Shown here one piece after another: positions 6,936 through 14,960 of a stretch of 23,122 bases of DNA. The position numbers were made by a program, and so were the translations under genes. This DNA is from a virus. Lineage: Duplodnaviria; Heunggongvirae; Uroviricota; Caudoviricetes. Within the stretch, counting starts at the first letter, position 1. Every line of letters starts with the position of its first letter. Under the pieces are notes generated by a model. It was not told where the DNA came from. It worked only from the letters and a program-made list of their open reading frames with translations, and searched no databases. Location of the stretch: IMG/VR virus record IMGVR_UViG_2690316210_000010, positions 1-23,122 of that record. One strand, given 5' to 3'.

Positions 6936-7976
6936 ATGGCTAACGCCTGGCTCAGATTATGGCATGACATGCCAAATGACCCTAAGTGGCGAACAATTGC
7001 CAGGGTGTCAGGGCAGCCAATTGCAACAGTGATGGCAGTGTATATCCACCTCCTGGTGAGCGCGTCACGAAATGTCACGCGAGGTCACATTGATGTCACG
7101 ACAGAAGATTTGGCAAGTGCGCTCGACGTGACAGAAGAGGTAATTGATTCAATTTTGCAGACGATGCAGGGGCGGGTACTTGATGGTGATTTAATCACTG
7201 GATGGGAAAAACGCCAGGTGCTTAAAGAGGACAACGGCAATATTTCGCAAACCGCAAAATCTCCTGCAGAGCGCAAGAGGGCGCAGCGAGAGAGGGAAAG
7301 AAAGCGGGAACAAAATGGCGATTGTCACGGCGCGTCACGAAATGTCACGCACATGTCACGACGAGTCACGACAGATACAGATAAAGATACAGATAAAGAA
7401 GATCAAAACACTATGGTCCATGGCGTAAAAAACGCCACGAACCAGGCAGGGGATGTTCAGACCGTCAATCCTGGTCAGCCAGCAGGCTCGACACCGGAAG
7501 CCGATTCGGGCGCTGTGCAGCAGGTGATGACCGCAAGGCCGGAGCAATCACTCCAACTGCAGCAGCCTGAAGCCGATTCCGCCATTCAGCGGGAAGCCGA
7601 TCGGGTAGCCCCGGAAAACACCGGGCAGCCTGTGGGACGAGTGGATTATCCGGATGTGTTCGAACAGGTCTGGCGGGAATACCCGTTGCGTGCCGGGGCA
7701 AACCCGAAGAAATCCGCATTCAGTGCCTGGAAGGCCAGATTGCGCGAGGGGGTGCCACCAGAGACCATGCTGGATGGTGTGAGGCGTTACGCGAGATACC
7801 TGGCGGCGACCGGGAAAGCGGGAACGGAATTTGTTCAGCGAGCGACGACGTTTTTTGGGCCGGACCGGAATTTTGAAAACCCCTGGTTGCTCCCGGTAAG
7901 CGGCACGAACAACCAGCGTTGTGTGAATCATATTTCTGAACCGGATACCGAAATTCCGCCGGGATTCAGGGGGTGA
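6936..7976 (+). CDS. Replication initiator (lambda O / YdaU-like) with embedded origin iterons
   Basis: ATG 6936 with GAGG Shine-Dalgarno; precedes the DnaC-like gene; contains GTCACG iteron arrays; C-terminal 20 aa identical to the otherwise unrelated P2 initiator. Confidence 0.6.
   Translation: MANAWLRLWHDMPNDPKWRTIARVSGQPIATVMAVYIHLLVSASRNVTRGHIDVTTEDLASALDVTEEVIDSILQTMQGRVLDGDLITGWEKRQVLKEDNGNISQTAKSPAERKRAQRERERKREQNGDCHGASRNVTHMSRRVTTDTDKDTDKEDQNTMVHGVKNATNQAGDVQTVNPGQPAGSTPEADSGAVQQVMTARPEQSLQLQQPEADSAIQREADRVAPENTGQPVGRVDYPDVFEQVWREYPLRAGANPKKSAFSAWKARLREGVPPETMLDGVRRYARYLAATGKAGTEFVQRATTFFGPDRNFENPWLLPVSGTNNQRCVNHISEPDTEIPPGFRG
7061..7099. repeat. Iteron set 1: four GTCAC(G) repeats at 10-11-bp phasing inside the O-like gene
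   Basis: GTCAC at 7064, 7074, 7084 and 7095. Confidence 0.6.
7324..7410. repeat. Iteron set 2: five GTCACG repeats at 10-11-bp phasing followed by an AT-rich tract; putative replication origin
   Basis: GTCACG at 7324, 7334, 7344, 7355 and 7365, then ATACAGATAAAGATACAGATAAAGAAGATCAAAACA. Confidence 0.6.
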
Positions 7977-7982
7977 TGTGGC

Positions 7983-8729
7983 ATGAAAAACATTGCGGCA
8001 GCCGGGGTTCTTGAACGTATTCACAGACTTGCACCACAGGGGGCGGTTCCACCGTACCGGACGGTGGAGGAGTGGCGGGAATGGCAACTTGCTGAAGGAC
8101 GAAAACGCAGCGAGGAGATTAACCGCCAGAATCGCCAGTTGCGGGTGGAAAAAATCCTGAATCGTTCGGGCATCCAGCCTCTGCACAGCAAATGCTCGTT
8201 TGCGAATTATCAGGTGCAGAACGACGGGCAAAAATACGCGCTGAGCCAGGCCAAATCCATAGCTGACGAACTGATGACCGGGTGCACGAATTTTGTGTTC
8301 AGCGGTAAAACCGGCACCGGGAAAAATCACCTTGCAGCGGCGATGGGTAACTGGCTGATGGCGAAGGGGCGCAGCGTGATTATCGTCACCGTGTCTGATG
8401 TCATGAGCGTGTTGCATGACAGCTACGACAACGGCAAATCCGGTGAAAAATTTTTACAGGAGCTTTGCGGGGTTGATTTGCTGGTCCTGGATGAAATAGG
8501 CATTCAGCGGGAGACGAAAAACGAGCAGGTGGTATTGCACCAGATAATTGATCGCCGGACAGCATCACTGTGCAGTGTCGGGATGTTAACAAACCTGAAT
8601 CATGCCGCAATGAGTACGCTTCTTGGTGAGAGGATTATGGACCGCATGACCATGAACGGTGGTCGATGGGTGACGTTTAACTGGGATAGCTGGCGTTCAA
8701 ATGTCAGCTTTCCGGGAGTTGTGAAGTAA
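7983..8729 (+). CDS. DnaC-like AAA+ helicase loader (YdaV-like, 248 aa)
   Basis: Walker A FSGKTGTGKNHLAAAMG and Walker B DLLVLDEIG; about 97% identical at protein level to 13407..14153. Confidence 0.8.
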   Translation: MKNIAAAGVLERIHRLAPQGAVPPYRTVEEWREWQLAEGRKRSEEINRQNRQLRVEKILNRSGIQPLHSKCSFANYQVQNDGQKYALSQAKSIADELMTGCTNFVFSGKTGTGKNHLAAAMGNWLMAKGRSVIIVTVSDVMSVLHDSYDNGKSGEKFLQELCGVDLLVLDEIGIQRETKNEQVVLHQIIDRRTASLCSVGMLTNLNHAAMSTLLGERIMDRMTMNGGRWVTFNWDSWRSNVSFPGVVK

Positions 8730-9095
8730 TTTTTGTTGAACCATGACAGCGTTCTGTACTTCAGGGGCCAGCTTGTCAAAAGTGACGTTCATCGGATCTG
8801 ATTCAGTCTCAACCGGGACAAAGGAAGCAGACTCCTCATCCCAGCGGTTTTCCTGCATATATTCAGCATCCCAGGAATCGAGGGCAGGGCGGGGTATACC
8901 GGGTTTATCCTCGCAAACAAGAAATTTATAAGCGCAGTCCTGAGCTGCAGGGAATTGCTCCAGAAATTGCCAATGAAATTTTGCGCGTGCGCGACGCTCA
9001 TCACCGGCTTCAATGGCAGTGGCCACCGCAACAGCGCTATCTTCTTTTATGGCCTGTTCATCAGGAATAGCAGCGCAAATAAAGACCTTACTCAT
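8697..9095 (-). CDS. Prophage early-left-operon hypothetical protein (132 aa), possibly YdfE-like by position; 3' end overlaps the P1 DnaC-like gene
   Basis: Minus-strand ORF MSKVFICAAIPDEQAIKEDSAVAVATAIEAGDERRARAKFHWQFLEQFPAAQD...; last ~11 codons lie antisense inside the DnaC-like 3' end, so the C-terminus may be junction-derived. Confidence 0.5.
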   Translation of the reverse strand: MSKVFICAAIPDEQAIKEDSAVAVATAIEAGDERRARAKFHWQFLEQFPAAQDCAYKFLVCEDKPGIPRPALDSWDAEYMQENRWDEESASFVPVETESDPMNVTFDKLAPEVQNAVMVQQKLLHNSRKADI

Positions 9096-9190
9096 TTTGT
9101 TTTAACCTCATTACAGATTTCAGGGTGAACGAATCCCTGCCATTGCTGGCATTTTTAATCCGTTGGTATGGTGTTAATATGGCTGGAAGG

Positions 9191-9379
9191 TTATCCAGCC
9201 GGTGTTTCGTTATTCAGGTACAGCGATACTTTTTTTAGCGGGAGGCATTCACCAGAAATTTTTTGCTCGTCTCTTGCCTGGAGGCAGGATTCTTTACTTG
9301 CATAAATTCCGGTAATCACATTCTGTGATTCACCCGTTATAAGAAAAACCGTCATCATCAGTGCAAATGCTGAAGTCAT
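9191..9379 (-). CDS. Small membrane protein downstream of dicB (YdfD-like)
   Basis: MTSAFALMMTVFLITGESQNVITGIYASKESCLQARDEQKISGECLP...; start overlaps the dicB-like stop (ATGA); paralog of 329..520. Confidence 0.5.
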   Translation of the reverse strand: MTSAFALMMTVFLITGESQNVITGIYASKESCLQARDEQKISGECLPLKKVSLYLNNETPAG

Positions 9380-9564
9380 TGACGTTCTCCGAAAATACCA
9401 AGTTCAAGAAGAGCAATTCGGGAAAGTATGGAATTATCATTGAGCAGATAAGGCTCATATTTCCTCATATTAATGGCATCTTCAGTAAACTCCCGGTTAC
9501 TGAGCAGAACACCAATATCAAAACAACCTTCAGACGTATTAACGTTTGGTAATAACGTTTCCAT
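9376..9564 (-). CDS. dicB: DicB-like cell division inhibitor with a divergent C-terminal half
   Basis: N-terminal 35 aa METLLPNVNTSEGCFDIGVLLSNREFTEDAINMRK resemble DicB; the C-terminal half differs from the P0 copy. Confidence 0.65.
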   Translation of the reverse strand: METLLPNVNTSEGCFDIGVLLSNREFTEDAINMRKYEPYLLNDNSILSRIALLELGIFGERQ

Positions 9565-9742
9565 TATCGCGTCCTCAACAATGAATTTTGTGATGCAGTG
9601 CCTGGTGCCTCCAGGTGACGTTAACCAGTTAACAATTAACGCCGGGTTAGTTGATGCTCGTTACGCCCGTAAAATACCGCCTTACTGCTTTAACTGTTCC
9701 GCGTGCGCATAGCCGCATTCACCGCATCACAAAATTCACTTT

Positions 9743-9800
9743 AAAAAGGGCGGCAGAGCAGTCACGGAGTAAAACTGATACCGCCAAATGTCACCAGAAA
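9743..9800 (-). ncRNA. dicF: DicF sRNA (canonical-type)
   Basis: Minus strand reads UUUCUGGUGACAUUUGGCGGUAUCAGUUUUACUCCGUGACUGCUCUGCCGCCCUUUUU, matching my recollection of E. coli DicF apart from about one base; located between the ydfA-like/variable genes and dicB as in Qin. Confidence 0.8.
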
Positions 9801-10135
9801 ATTGATAACAGAGGGCGTTGTAGCGGGGTTGTCACTTAAGCGTATGGTCAACCTGACAACCCGGTGCATTTTCTGGAGCAATGGAGGAAACCCCAGCCAT
9901 ACTTACCGCCGCGCCATTTCGCGGAGTGCCACAACCGGAAGCGCACGGTCGAACTAAATTTAACGACACCGTACAGAGAGACCAATTTCGCCGTGCGCTT
10001 TCGCGTTATGCCCTGACTTTTCAGGGACATATCCTTTCAGTAAGCTGTCAGTGCCGGATGCTCACCCGTGTCCGGCGCACGCACTCCACCTGACCCGTGG
10101 AGAACTCCTTAATTACCAACCCTCAGGAGGGTGAA

Positions 10136-10414
10136 ATGGATAAAAAGCAAATTGAGGCCCTGCAATCTATTATTGAAGAACAAGATGAAGCTATCAGGAT
10201 TCTTTCATATCGCACTGATATGATACTAAATATGCTTTCTGCATTAACGGCTGCGCTTGGTGGTACAAAAACAAACGTATACCGCGAAGTTGTTATTCAA
10301 CAGATAGATAAATTTGAAAAAACCATACCAGGTATTAATGCTCATCTTGCAGAACAAGAGAAAGACCATGCTCTTATGGCAATTTCTTCAGTAGCTCTCC
10401 CGAAAGTTGAGTAG
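10136..10414 (+). CDS. Hypothetical protein (92 aa) in the P2 variable cassette, antisense to the dicB operon
   Basis: ATG 10136 with AGGAGG Shine-Dalgarno; MDKKQIEALQSIIEEQDEAIRILSYRTD...; unrelated to the P1 gene at 4088..4288; 3' end overlaps the convergent gene by 41 nt. Confidence 0.4.
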   Translation: MDKKQIEALQSIIEEQDEAIRILSYRTDMILNMLSALTAALGGTKTNVYREVVIQQIDKFEKTIPGINAHLAEQEKDHALMAISSVALPKVE

Positions 10415-10787
10415 TTTTAATTGTTGTTTTGAAATAATCACTGCTTTCACATTTGAGTGATTTCATGGCAATCCAAATGCGGGCCTCTGTGCCTGCATTT
10501 GGTTCCAGTTGCTGTAGACGTTTTGCGTCTTCCAAAAGTAAGGCGATAATGTGTTTCAGCTTCTCATCATTTGCTTGATTCTTGTTTTCAGGCGAATTCT
10601 GTCCGCCGAATAGGCGCTTCTCTTCATACAGACCTATAAAGGCACGACGCACGTTACCGGATATAGTATCGATGGTTTCCTTTTCTACGGTACTCAGGTC
10701 AAGAGTCGCCAGTTGAGAGCGAACCACATTCGATGCCATTTCCTGGAATGGTACTGGTAAATCTTTAAATTCCATCGTCAACCTCAT
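10374..10787 (-). CDS. Hypothetical protein (137 aa), P2 variable-cassette gene coupled to the ydfA-like gene
   Basis: Shares only MRLTMEFKDLP with the P1 gene 4257..4634, then diverges completely; start overlaps the upstream stop. Confidence 0.5.
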   Translation of the reverse strand: MRLTMEFKDLPVPFQEMASNVVRSQLATLDLSTVEKETIDTISGNVRRAFIGLYEEKRLFGGQNSPENKNQANDEKLKHIIALLLEDAKRLQQLEPNAGTEARIWIAMKSLKCESSDYFKTTIKTTQLSGELLKKLP

Positions 10788-10939
10788 CAGTCAGTGTTTC
10801 TGGTTAACCAGCGACGCGCGCCAGCTTCAGTTTTAAACGTTTTGCTTCTGGTATACGTCATCGCGGTGAACGTACCGTCCTGGTTGGGGAACACGCCACA
10901 TACCAGAGATTCGCTGTTGCCAAGATCGATAGTATCCAT
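10787..10939 (-). CDS. YdfA/YdaF-like small protein
   Basis: MDTIDLGNSESLVCGVFPNQDGTFTAMTYTRSKTFKTEAGARRWLTRNTD; near-identical to 4634..4786. Confidence 0.6.
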   Translation of the reverse strand: MDTIDLGNSESLVCGVFPNQDGTFTAMTYTRSKTFKTEAGARRWLTRNTD

Positions 10940-11124
10940 GCTGACCTCATTTCCCCTTAACGCCGGGGTAGCGGAACAAAAACCTGCTGCATAGTTATTA
11001 AAGTTGAACCCTGCCGTCATGTTCTTACGCCTCGGGCTGGCTACTTAACCCCTGACCACTGCCTGGTAACTCGAAGTATTGCCCTGCATTCTGTGGGGCG
11101 GGGTGGGTTGGTATGAAAAGAAGG

Positions 11125-11167
11125 ATACCCATAGGTATTTAAAAAGTAAATACCCATGGGTAAATTT
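11125..11167. promoter_or_regulatory. OL-like operators with candidate leftward early promoter (P2)
   Basis: Palindromes ATACCCATAGGTAT (11125-11138) and TACCCATGGGTA (11151-11162); on the minus strand a TTTACC / 16-17 bp / TTAAAT promoter-like arrangement overlaps them. Confidence 0.45.
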
Positions 11168-11204
11168 TTGCGGTGTCTTAACTGGTGACTAGTTGTTTGG
11201 TGAG

Positions 11205-11624
11205 CTATGATGCGTTTTGTGCTTTCTTTTTACGGATTTCTTCGTAGATCATATTGTAATACTGTTTTTTCTCTTCAAGAGTTTTTAATAATTTATCCGC
11301 TTCACTTTCTGGCAGTTCGTCTAAGAGATCTAAAAAAATACGTTGTCGTGGCGTTAGAACCCTTGTTTCATAACTGGAGGCTGTGTTCGTTGATGATGAA
11401 ACGATACCATCCATCCATCCCCGGGGTAACCCAAAGGACTCTTCGATAATCTCCACCATATCATCAGCGATCCGTTTTTTTCCCTTTTTCCCCTCTGGGT
11501 ACAACATTCTTGATACATAAGAAGGCTCGCGCCCGATCTTTCTGGCCACGTTAACCGCTTTACCATCGCATTTCTCATCACGAATTTTGATGAGTTGCTG
11601 TCGTCTAAATTCATATTTGTCCAT
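11205..11624 (-). CDS. HTH repressor of the P2 immunity region (RacR/DicA-like position)
   Basis: Start chosen at MDKYEFRRQQLIKIRDEKCDGKAVNVARKIGREPSYVSRML... (HTH); divergent from the Cro-like gene; flanked by operator-like repeats. Confidence 0.6.
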   Translation of the reverse strand: MDKYEFRRQQLIKIRDEKCDGKAVNVARKIGREPSYVSRMLYPEGKKGKKRIADDMVEIIEESFGLPRGWMDGIVSSSTNTASSYETRVLTPRQRIFLDLLDELPESEADKLLKTLEEKKQYYNMIYEEIRKKKAQNAS

Positions 11625-11701
11625 AGGTAAATAATAGATGCGATTACCGCAAGGTAAACAACCTGTGGGTATTGACATTTGTTTACCTGTGGGTATTCTT
11701 T
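11623..11701. promoter_or_regulatory. OR-like operators and candidate rightward promoter for the P2 Cro-like gene
   Basis: Repeated TGGGTA-containing half-sites (ACCTGTGGGTAT twice, CATAGGTAAAT); -35 TTGACA (11673-11678), 16-bp spacer, -10 TATTCT (11695-11700). Confidence 0.45.
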
Positions 11702-11724
11702 GCTGTGTTTACTAAGGAGTAGCT

Positions 11725-12006
11725 ATGGAAGAATTAAGAATATTTCTCAATTCTCTTTCGTCAGATGAACAGCGTATGTTTGCATGCGAGTGTGGTACCA
11801 GCATCGGTTATCTAAGAAAGGCATTGAGTAAAGGTCAAGTGTTAGGGGCATCGTTATGTGTCCTTATTGAGCGAGCCAGTAATGGTGAAGTTACACGTCA
11901 GCAACTAAGGCCTTTTGATTGGATGAATATTTGGCCCGAGCTGGAAGATACCAAAACGTTAACACAACCACTTTCTAGGAGCTTGATTCATGAAAATCAA
12001 GCATGA
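11725..12006 (+). CDS. Cro/YdaS-like HTH regulator (P2)
   Basis: AAGGAG Shine-Dalgarno; ...ECGTSIGYLRKALSKGQ...TRQQLRPFDW...; 3' end overlaps the YdaT-like start. Confidence 0.6.
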   Translation: MEELRIFLNSLSSDEQRMFACECGTSIGYLRKALSKGQVLGASLCVLIERASNGEVTRQQLRPFDWMNIWPELEDTKTLTQPLSRSLIHENQA

Positions 12007-12415
12007 ACACATCCGCATGGCGATGAATGCCTGGGCGCGTCCTGATGGCGAAAAAGTTCCAGCAGCTGGAATAACCCAGGCTTATTTTGAGTTGGGTATG
12101 ACGTTCCCAGAACTGTATGACGACAGCCATCCGGAAGCCCTGGCTCGCAATACCCAGAAAATTTTCCGCTGGGTAGAGAAAGACACCCCTGATGCTGTTG
12201 AAAAAATGCAGGCTCTGTTACCGGCGATCGAAAAGGCGATGCCGCCTTTGCTGGTGGCCCGTATGCGCAGCCACAGTTCTGAATATTACCGTGAGATCGT
12301 CGAACGGAGGGATCGGCTGGTGAAGGATGTCGATGATTTTGTTGCGTCAGCGGTTGTTTTGTATGACCAGATGAATCGCGGCGGCCCGGCAGGGAATGCT
12401 GTGGTGATGCACTAA
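11990..12415 (+). CDS. YdaT-like protein (141 aa, P2)
   Basis: MKIKHEHIRMAMNAWARPDGEK...; paralog of 6439..6864. Confidence 0.6.
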   Translation: MKIKHEHIRMAMNAWARPDGEKVPAAGITQAYFELGMTFPELYDDSHPEALARNTQKIFRWVEKDTPDAVEKMQALLPAIEKAMPPLLVARMRSHSSEYYREIVERRDRLVKDVDDFVASAVVLYDQMNRGGPAGNAVVMH

Positions 12416-12437
12416 AAGCACGGTGTTCGGGGGTTTT

Positions 12438-13400
12438 ATGAGCAGCAAGCTTCATGGTCTTGTCTGGGAAGGGTGCGCCTTCACCGGCATGATCTTATCC
12501 AGGGTGGCGGTTATGGCCCGTCTTGCAGACTACAGCAATGACGAGGGCGTGTCATGGCCTGCCATTGAAACTATCCGGCGTCAGATCGGTGCAAGAAGTG
12601 AATCCACAGTGAAATCGGCTATTGCAGAACTGGCGAAAGAGGGCTGGCTGACGAAGGAAGAGCGTAAGGTCGGTGGGCGTAATGTAAGCAATATCTATCG
12701 GCTTAATGTGGAAAAACTCGAAGCAGCTGCGGCGGCGGCGCGTGAGTCATATAAACCGAAAAGAAAAATTAGCCCGGCAAAAAATGACCCGTTAACAGTT
12801 GACCCGTCAAATATTGACCCCTCAACGGTTGACCCGTCAAATTTTGATGGATCAACTGTTGATAAAAAACTGCCGATTAGGGGGGCGATGATTGACCCCG
12901 ATCCGTCAGTATTAAAACCTGATCCGTCAGATAAAAGATCTTCTTGTCCGGACGCTTCGCAACCGGACCCGCAGACGGCTGAACAGGATTTTTTAACCCG
13001 ACACCCTGACGCGGTTGTGTTCAGTGCGAAAAAACGCCAGTGGGGAAGTCAGGAAGATTTGGTGTGCGCACAGTGGATCTGGGGACGAATCGTGAGTCTT
13101 TACGAGCAGGCGGCCAGCTATGATGGCGAGATCACTAGACCGAAAGAACCCAACTGGACAGCATGGGCCAATGACGTTCGCACAATGCGGATGCTGGATG
13201 GCAGAACTCACAGACAAATTTGTGAAATGTTTGGGCGTCTCCAGCGGGATTCGTTCTGGGTAAAAAACATCATGAGTCCGGCAAAACTCCGGGAAAAATG
13301 GGATGAACTGGTTATCCGCCTGGGGCGTTCGCCTGCGCAGCGTTGCGTGAATCACATTTCTGAACCGGACACTGAAATACCGCCGGGATTCAGGGGGTGA
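12438..13400 (+). CDS. Replication initiator (lambda O-like) with an N-terminal winged-helix domain and embedded iterons
   Basis: ATG 12438; N-terminal HTH-like region (...VSWPAIETIRRQIGARSESTVKSAIAELAKEGWL...); TTGACCCGTCAA iterons in a linker; last 20 aa identical to the P1 initiator. Confidence 0.6.
   Translation: MSSKLHGLVWEGCAFTGMILSRVAVMARLADYSNDEGVSWPAIETIRRQIGARSESTVKSAIAELAKEGWLTKEERKVGGRNVSNIYRLNVEKLEAAAAAARESYKPKRKISPAKNDPLTVDPSNIDPSTVDPSNFDGSTVDKKLPIRGAMIDPDPSVLKPDPSDKRSSCPDASQPDPQTAEQDFLTRHPDAVVFSAKKRQWGSQEDLVCAQWIWGRIVSLYEQAASYDGEITRPKEPNWTAWANDVRTMRMLDGRTHRQICEMFGRLQRDSFWVKNIMSPAKLREKWDELVIRLGRSPAQRCVNHISEPDTEIPPGFRG
12783..12860. repeat. Origin iterons: four to five TTGACCCGTCAA-like repeats at 15-bp spacing inside the P2 O-like gene
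   Basis: TGACCCGTTAAC (12783), TTGACCCGTCAA (12798), TTGACCCCTCAA (12813), TTGACCCGTCAA (12828), then a degenerate TTGATGGATCAA. Confidence 0.6.
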
Positions 13401-13406
13401 CGTGTC

Positions 13407-14153
13407 ATGAAAAACATTGCGGCAGTTGGGGTTCTTGAACGTATTCGCAGACTTGCACCACAGGGGTCGGTTCCACCGTACCGGACGGTGGAGGAGTGGC
13501 GGGAATGGCAACTTGCTGAAGGACGAAAACGCAGCGAGGAGATTAACCGCCAGAATCGCCAGTTGCGGGTGGAAAAAATCCTGAATCGTTCGGGCATCCA
13601 GCCTCTGCACAGCAAATGCTCGTTTGCAAATTATCAGGTGCAGAACGACGGGCAAAAATACGCGCTGAGCCAGGCCAAATCCATAGCTGACGAACTGATG
13701 ACCGGGTGCACGAATTTTGTGTTCAGCGGTAAAACCGGCACCGGGAAAAATCACCTTGCAGCGGCGATGGGCAACCGGCTGATGGTGAAGGGGCGCAGCG
13801 TGATTATCGTCACCGTGTCTGACGTCATGAGCGTGTTGCATGACAGCTACGACAACGGCAAATCCGGTGAAAAATTTTTACAGGAGCTTTGCGGGGTTGA
13901 TTTGCTGGTCCTGGATGAAATAGGCGTTCAGCGGGAGACGAAAAACGAGCAGGTGGTATTGCACCAGATAATTGATCGCCGGACAGCATCACTGTGCAGT
14001 GTCGGGATGTTAACAAACCTGAATCATGCCGCAATGAGTACGCTTCTTGGTGAGAGGATTATGGACCGCATGACCATGAACGGTGGTCGATGGGTGACGT
14101 TTAACTGGGATAGCTGGCGTCCAAATGTCAGCAATATGAGGGTTGTGAAGTAA
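13407..14153 (+). CDS. DnaC-like AAA+ helicase loader (YdaV-like, P2)
   Basis: Walker A and B motifs; near-identical to 7983..8729. Confidence 0.8.
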   Translation: MKNIAAVGVLERIRRLAPQGSVPPYRTVEEWREWQLAEGRKRSEEINRQNRQLRVEKILNRSGIQPLHSKCSFANYQVQNDGQKYALSQAKSIADELMTGCTNFVFSGKTGTGKNHLAAAMGNRLMVKGRSVIIVTVSDVMSVLHDSYDNGKSGEKFLQELCGVDLLVLDEIGVQRETKNEQVVLHQIIDRRTASLCSVGMLTNLNHAAMSTLLGERIMDRMTMNGGRWVTFNWDSWRPNVSNMRVVK

Positions 14154-14174
14154 TTTTGTCCGGAGGAAATTTTA

Positions 14175-14945
14175 ATGGAAACCGTATCTGACGCACTGAA
14201 AGCACTGAAAAAAGCCTCTTCACATGTGGTGGCAGCTCGCCTTGGAATCAGTCGTGAAGAGGCTGTCAACGAGCTGTGGGAACTCAAAAGAAAAGGCGTC
14301 GTTGATAAAACTGGTCACACCTGGTTTCTGGCTGGCGAAGGTGAATCCCGGGTAACCGAAGAGCGGCCAGTAAAATCTGAAGCACAGGATATGCTGACCG
14401 GGGAGGTCGAACAAAAAGTTACCGCAGACATGATGATTGAGTTTATCGGTCAGGATGGGGCTAAAACGTGTGAGGAACTGGCGGGTAAGTTCGGTGTCAG
14501 TACTCGCAAGGTTGCTTCCACGCTGGCGGTGGTAACCGCAACGGGGCGGCTGGCACGCGTTAATCAGAACGGTAAATTTCGTTACTGCATGCCGGGCGAT
14601 AATTTACCAGCAGAGCCGAAAGCCGCGCTGGTAACGGAAAGTGATGGTAAGGCCTTTCCTCAGCCAGCAGGTGCTGCGTTACCAGTCCGGGAAGCCGCAA
14701 CACAGGAAGAAATTAAAACAGAAACTGTGGCGGACATTGTGCAGCCGTTGCCATCGTTTACCGAAACGCAAGCAGATGAGCTGATTTTTCCGTCCCTTCG
14801 CAGGGCAAACCTGGCGCTGCGCAGGGCGAAAAGTGATGTTCAGAAGTGGGAGCGAGTCTGCGCCGCGCTGCGGGAGCTGAACAAGCACCGGGATATTGTT
14901 CGACAGATTACTGATTCTTCCCGCCGTGTTGTATCGGAAAAGTGA
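14175..14945 (+). CDS. Hypothetical protein with two winged-helix-like segments (possibly DUF1627-type)
   Basis: GGAGG Shine-Dalgarno; two repeats of an HTH-like segment (...AARLGISREEAVNELWELKRKG... and ...AGKFGVSTRKVASTLAVVTATG...). Family assignment is from memory and uncertain. Confidence 0.4.
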   Translation: METVSDALKALKKASSHVVAARLGISREEAVNELWELKRKGVVDKTGHTWFLAGEGESRVTEERPVKSEAQDMLTGEVEQKVTADMMIEFIGQDGAKTCEELAGKFGVSTRKVASTLAVVTATGRLARVNQNGKFRYCMPGDNLPAEPKAALVTESDGKAFPQPAGAALPVREAATQEEIKTETVADIVQPLPSFTETQADELIFPSLRRANLALRRAKSDVQKWERVCAALRELNKHRDIVRQITDSSRRVVSEK

Positions 14946-14960
14946 TTGCCGGAGGCGCTT

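Noticed and set aside
7548-8417. 289-aa minus-strand ORF antisense to the P1 O-like/DnaC-like genes (paralog 12993..13841)
   Set aside because: Lies entirely antisense to well-supported replication genes, has an Arg/Pro/His-rich low-complexity translation and no ribosome-binding site; typical spurious antisense ORF.
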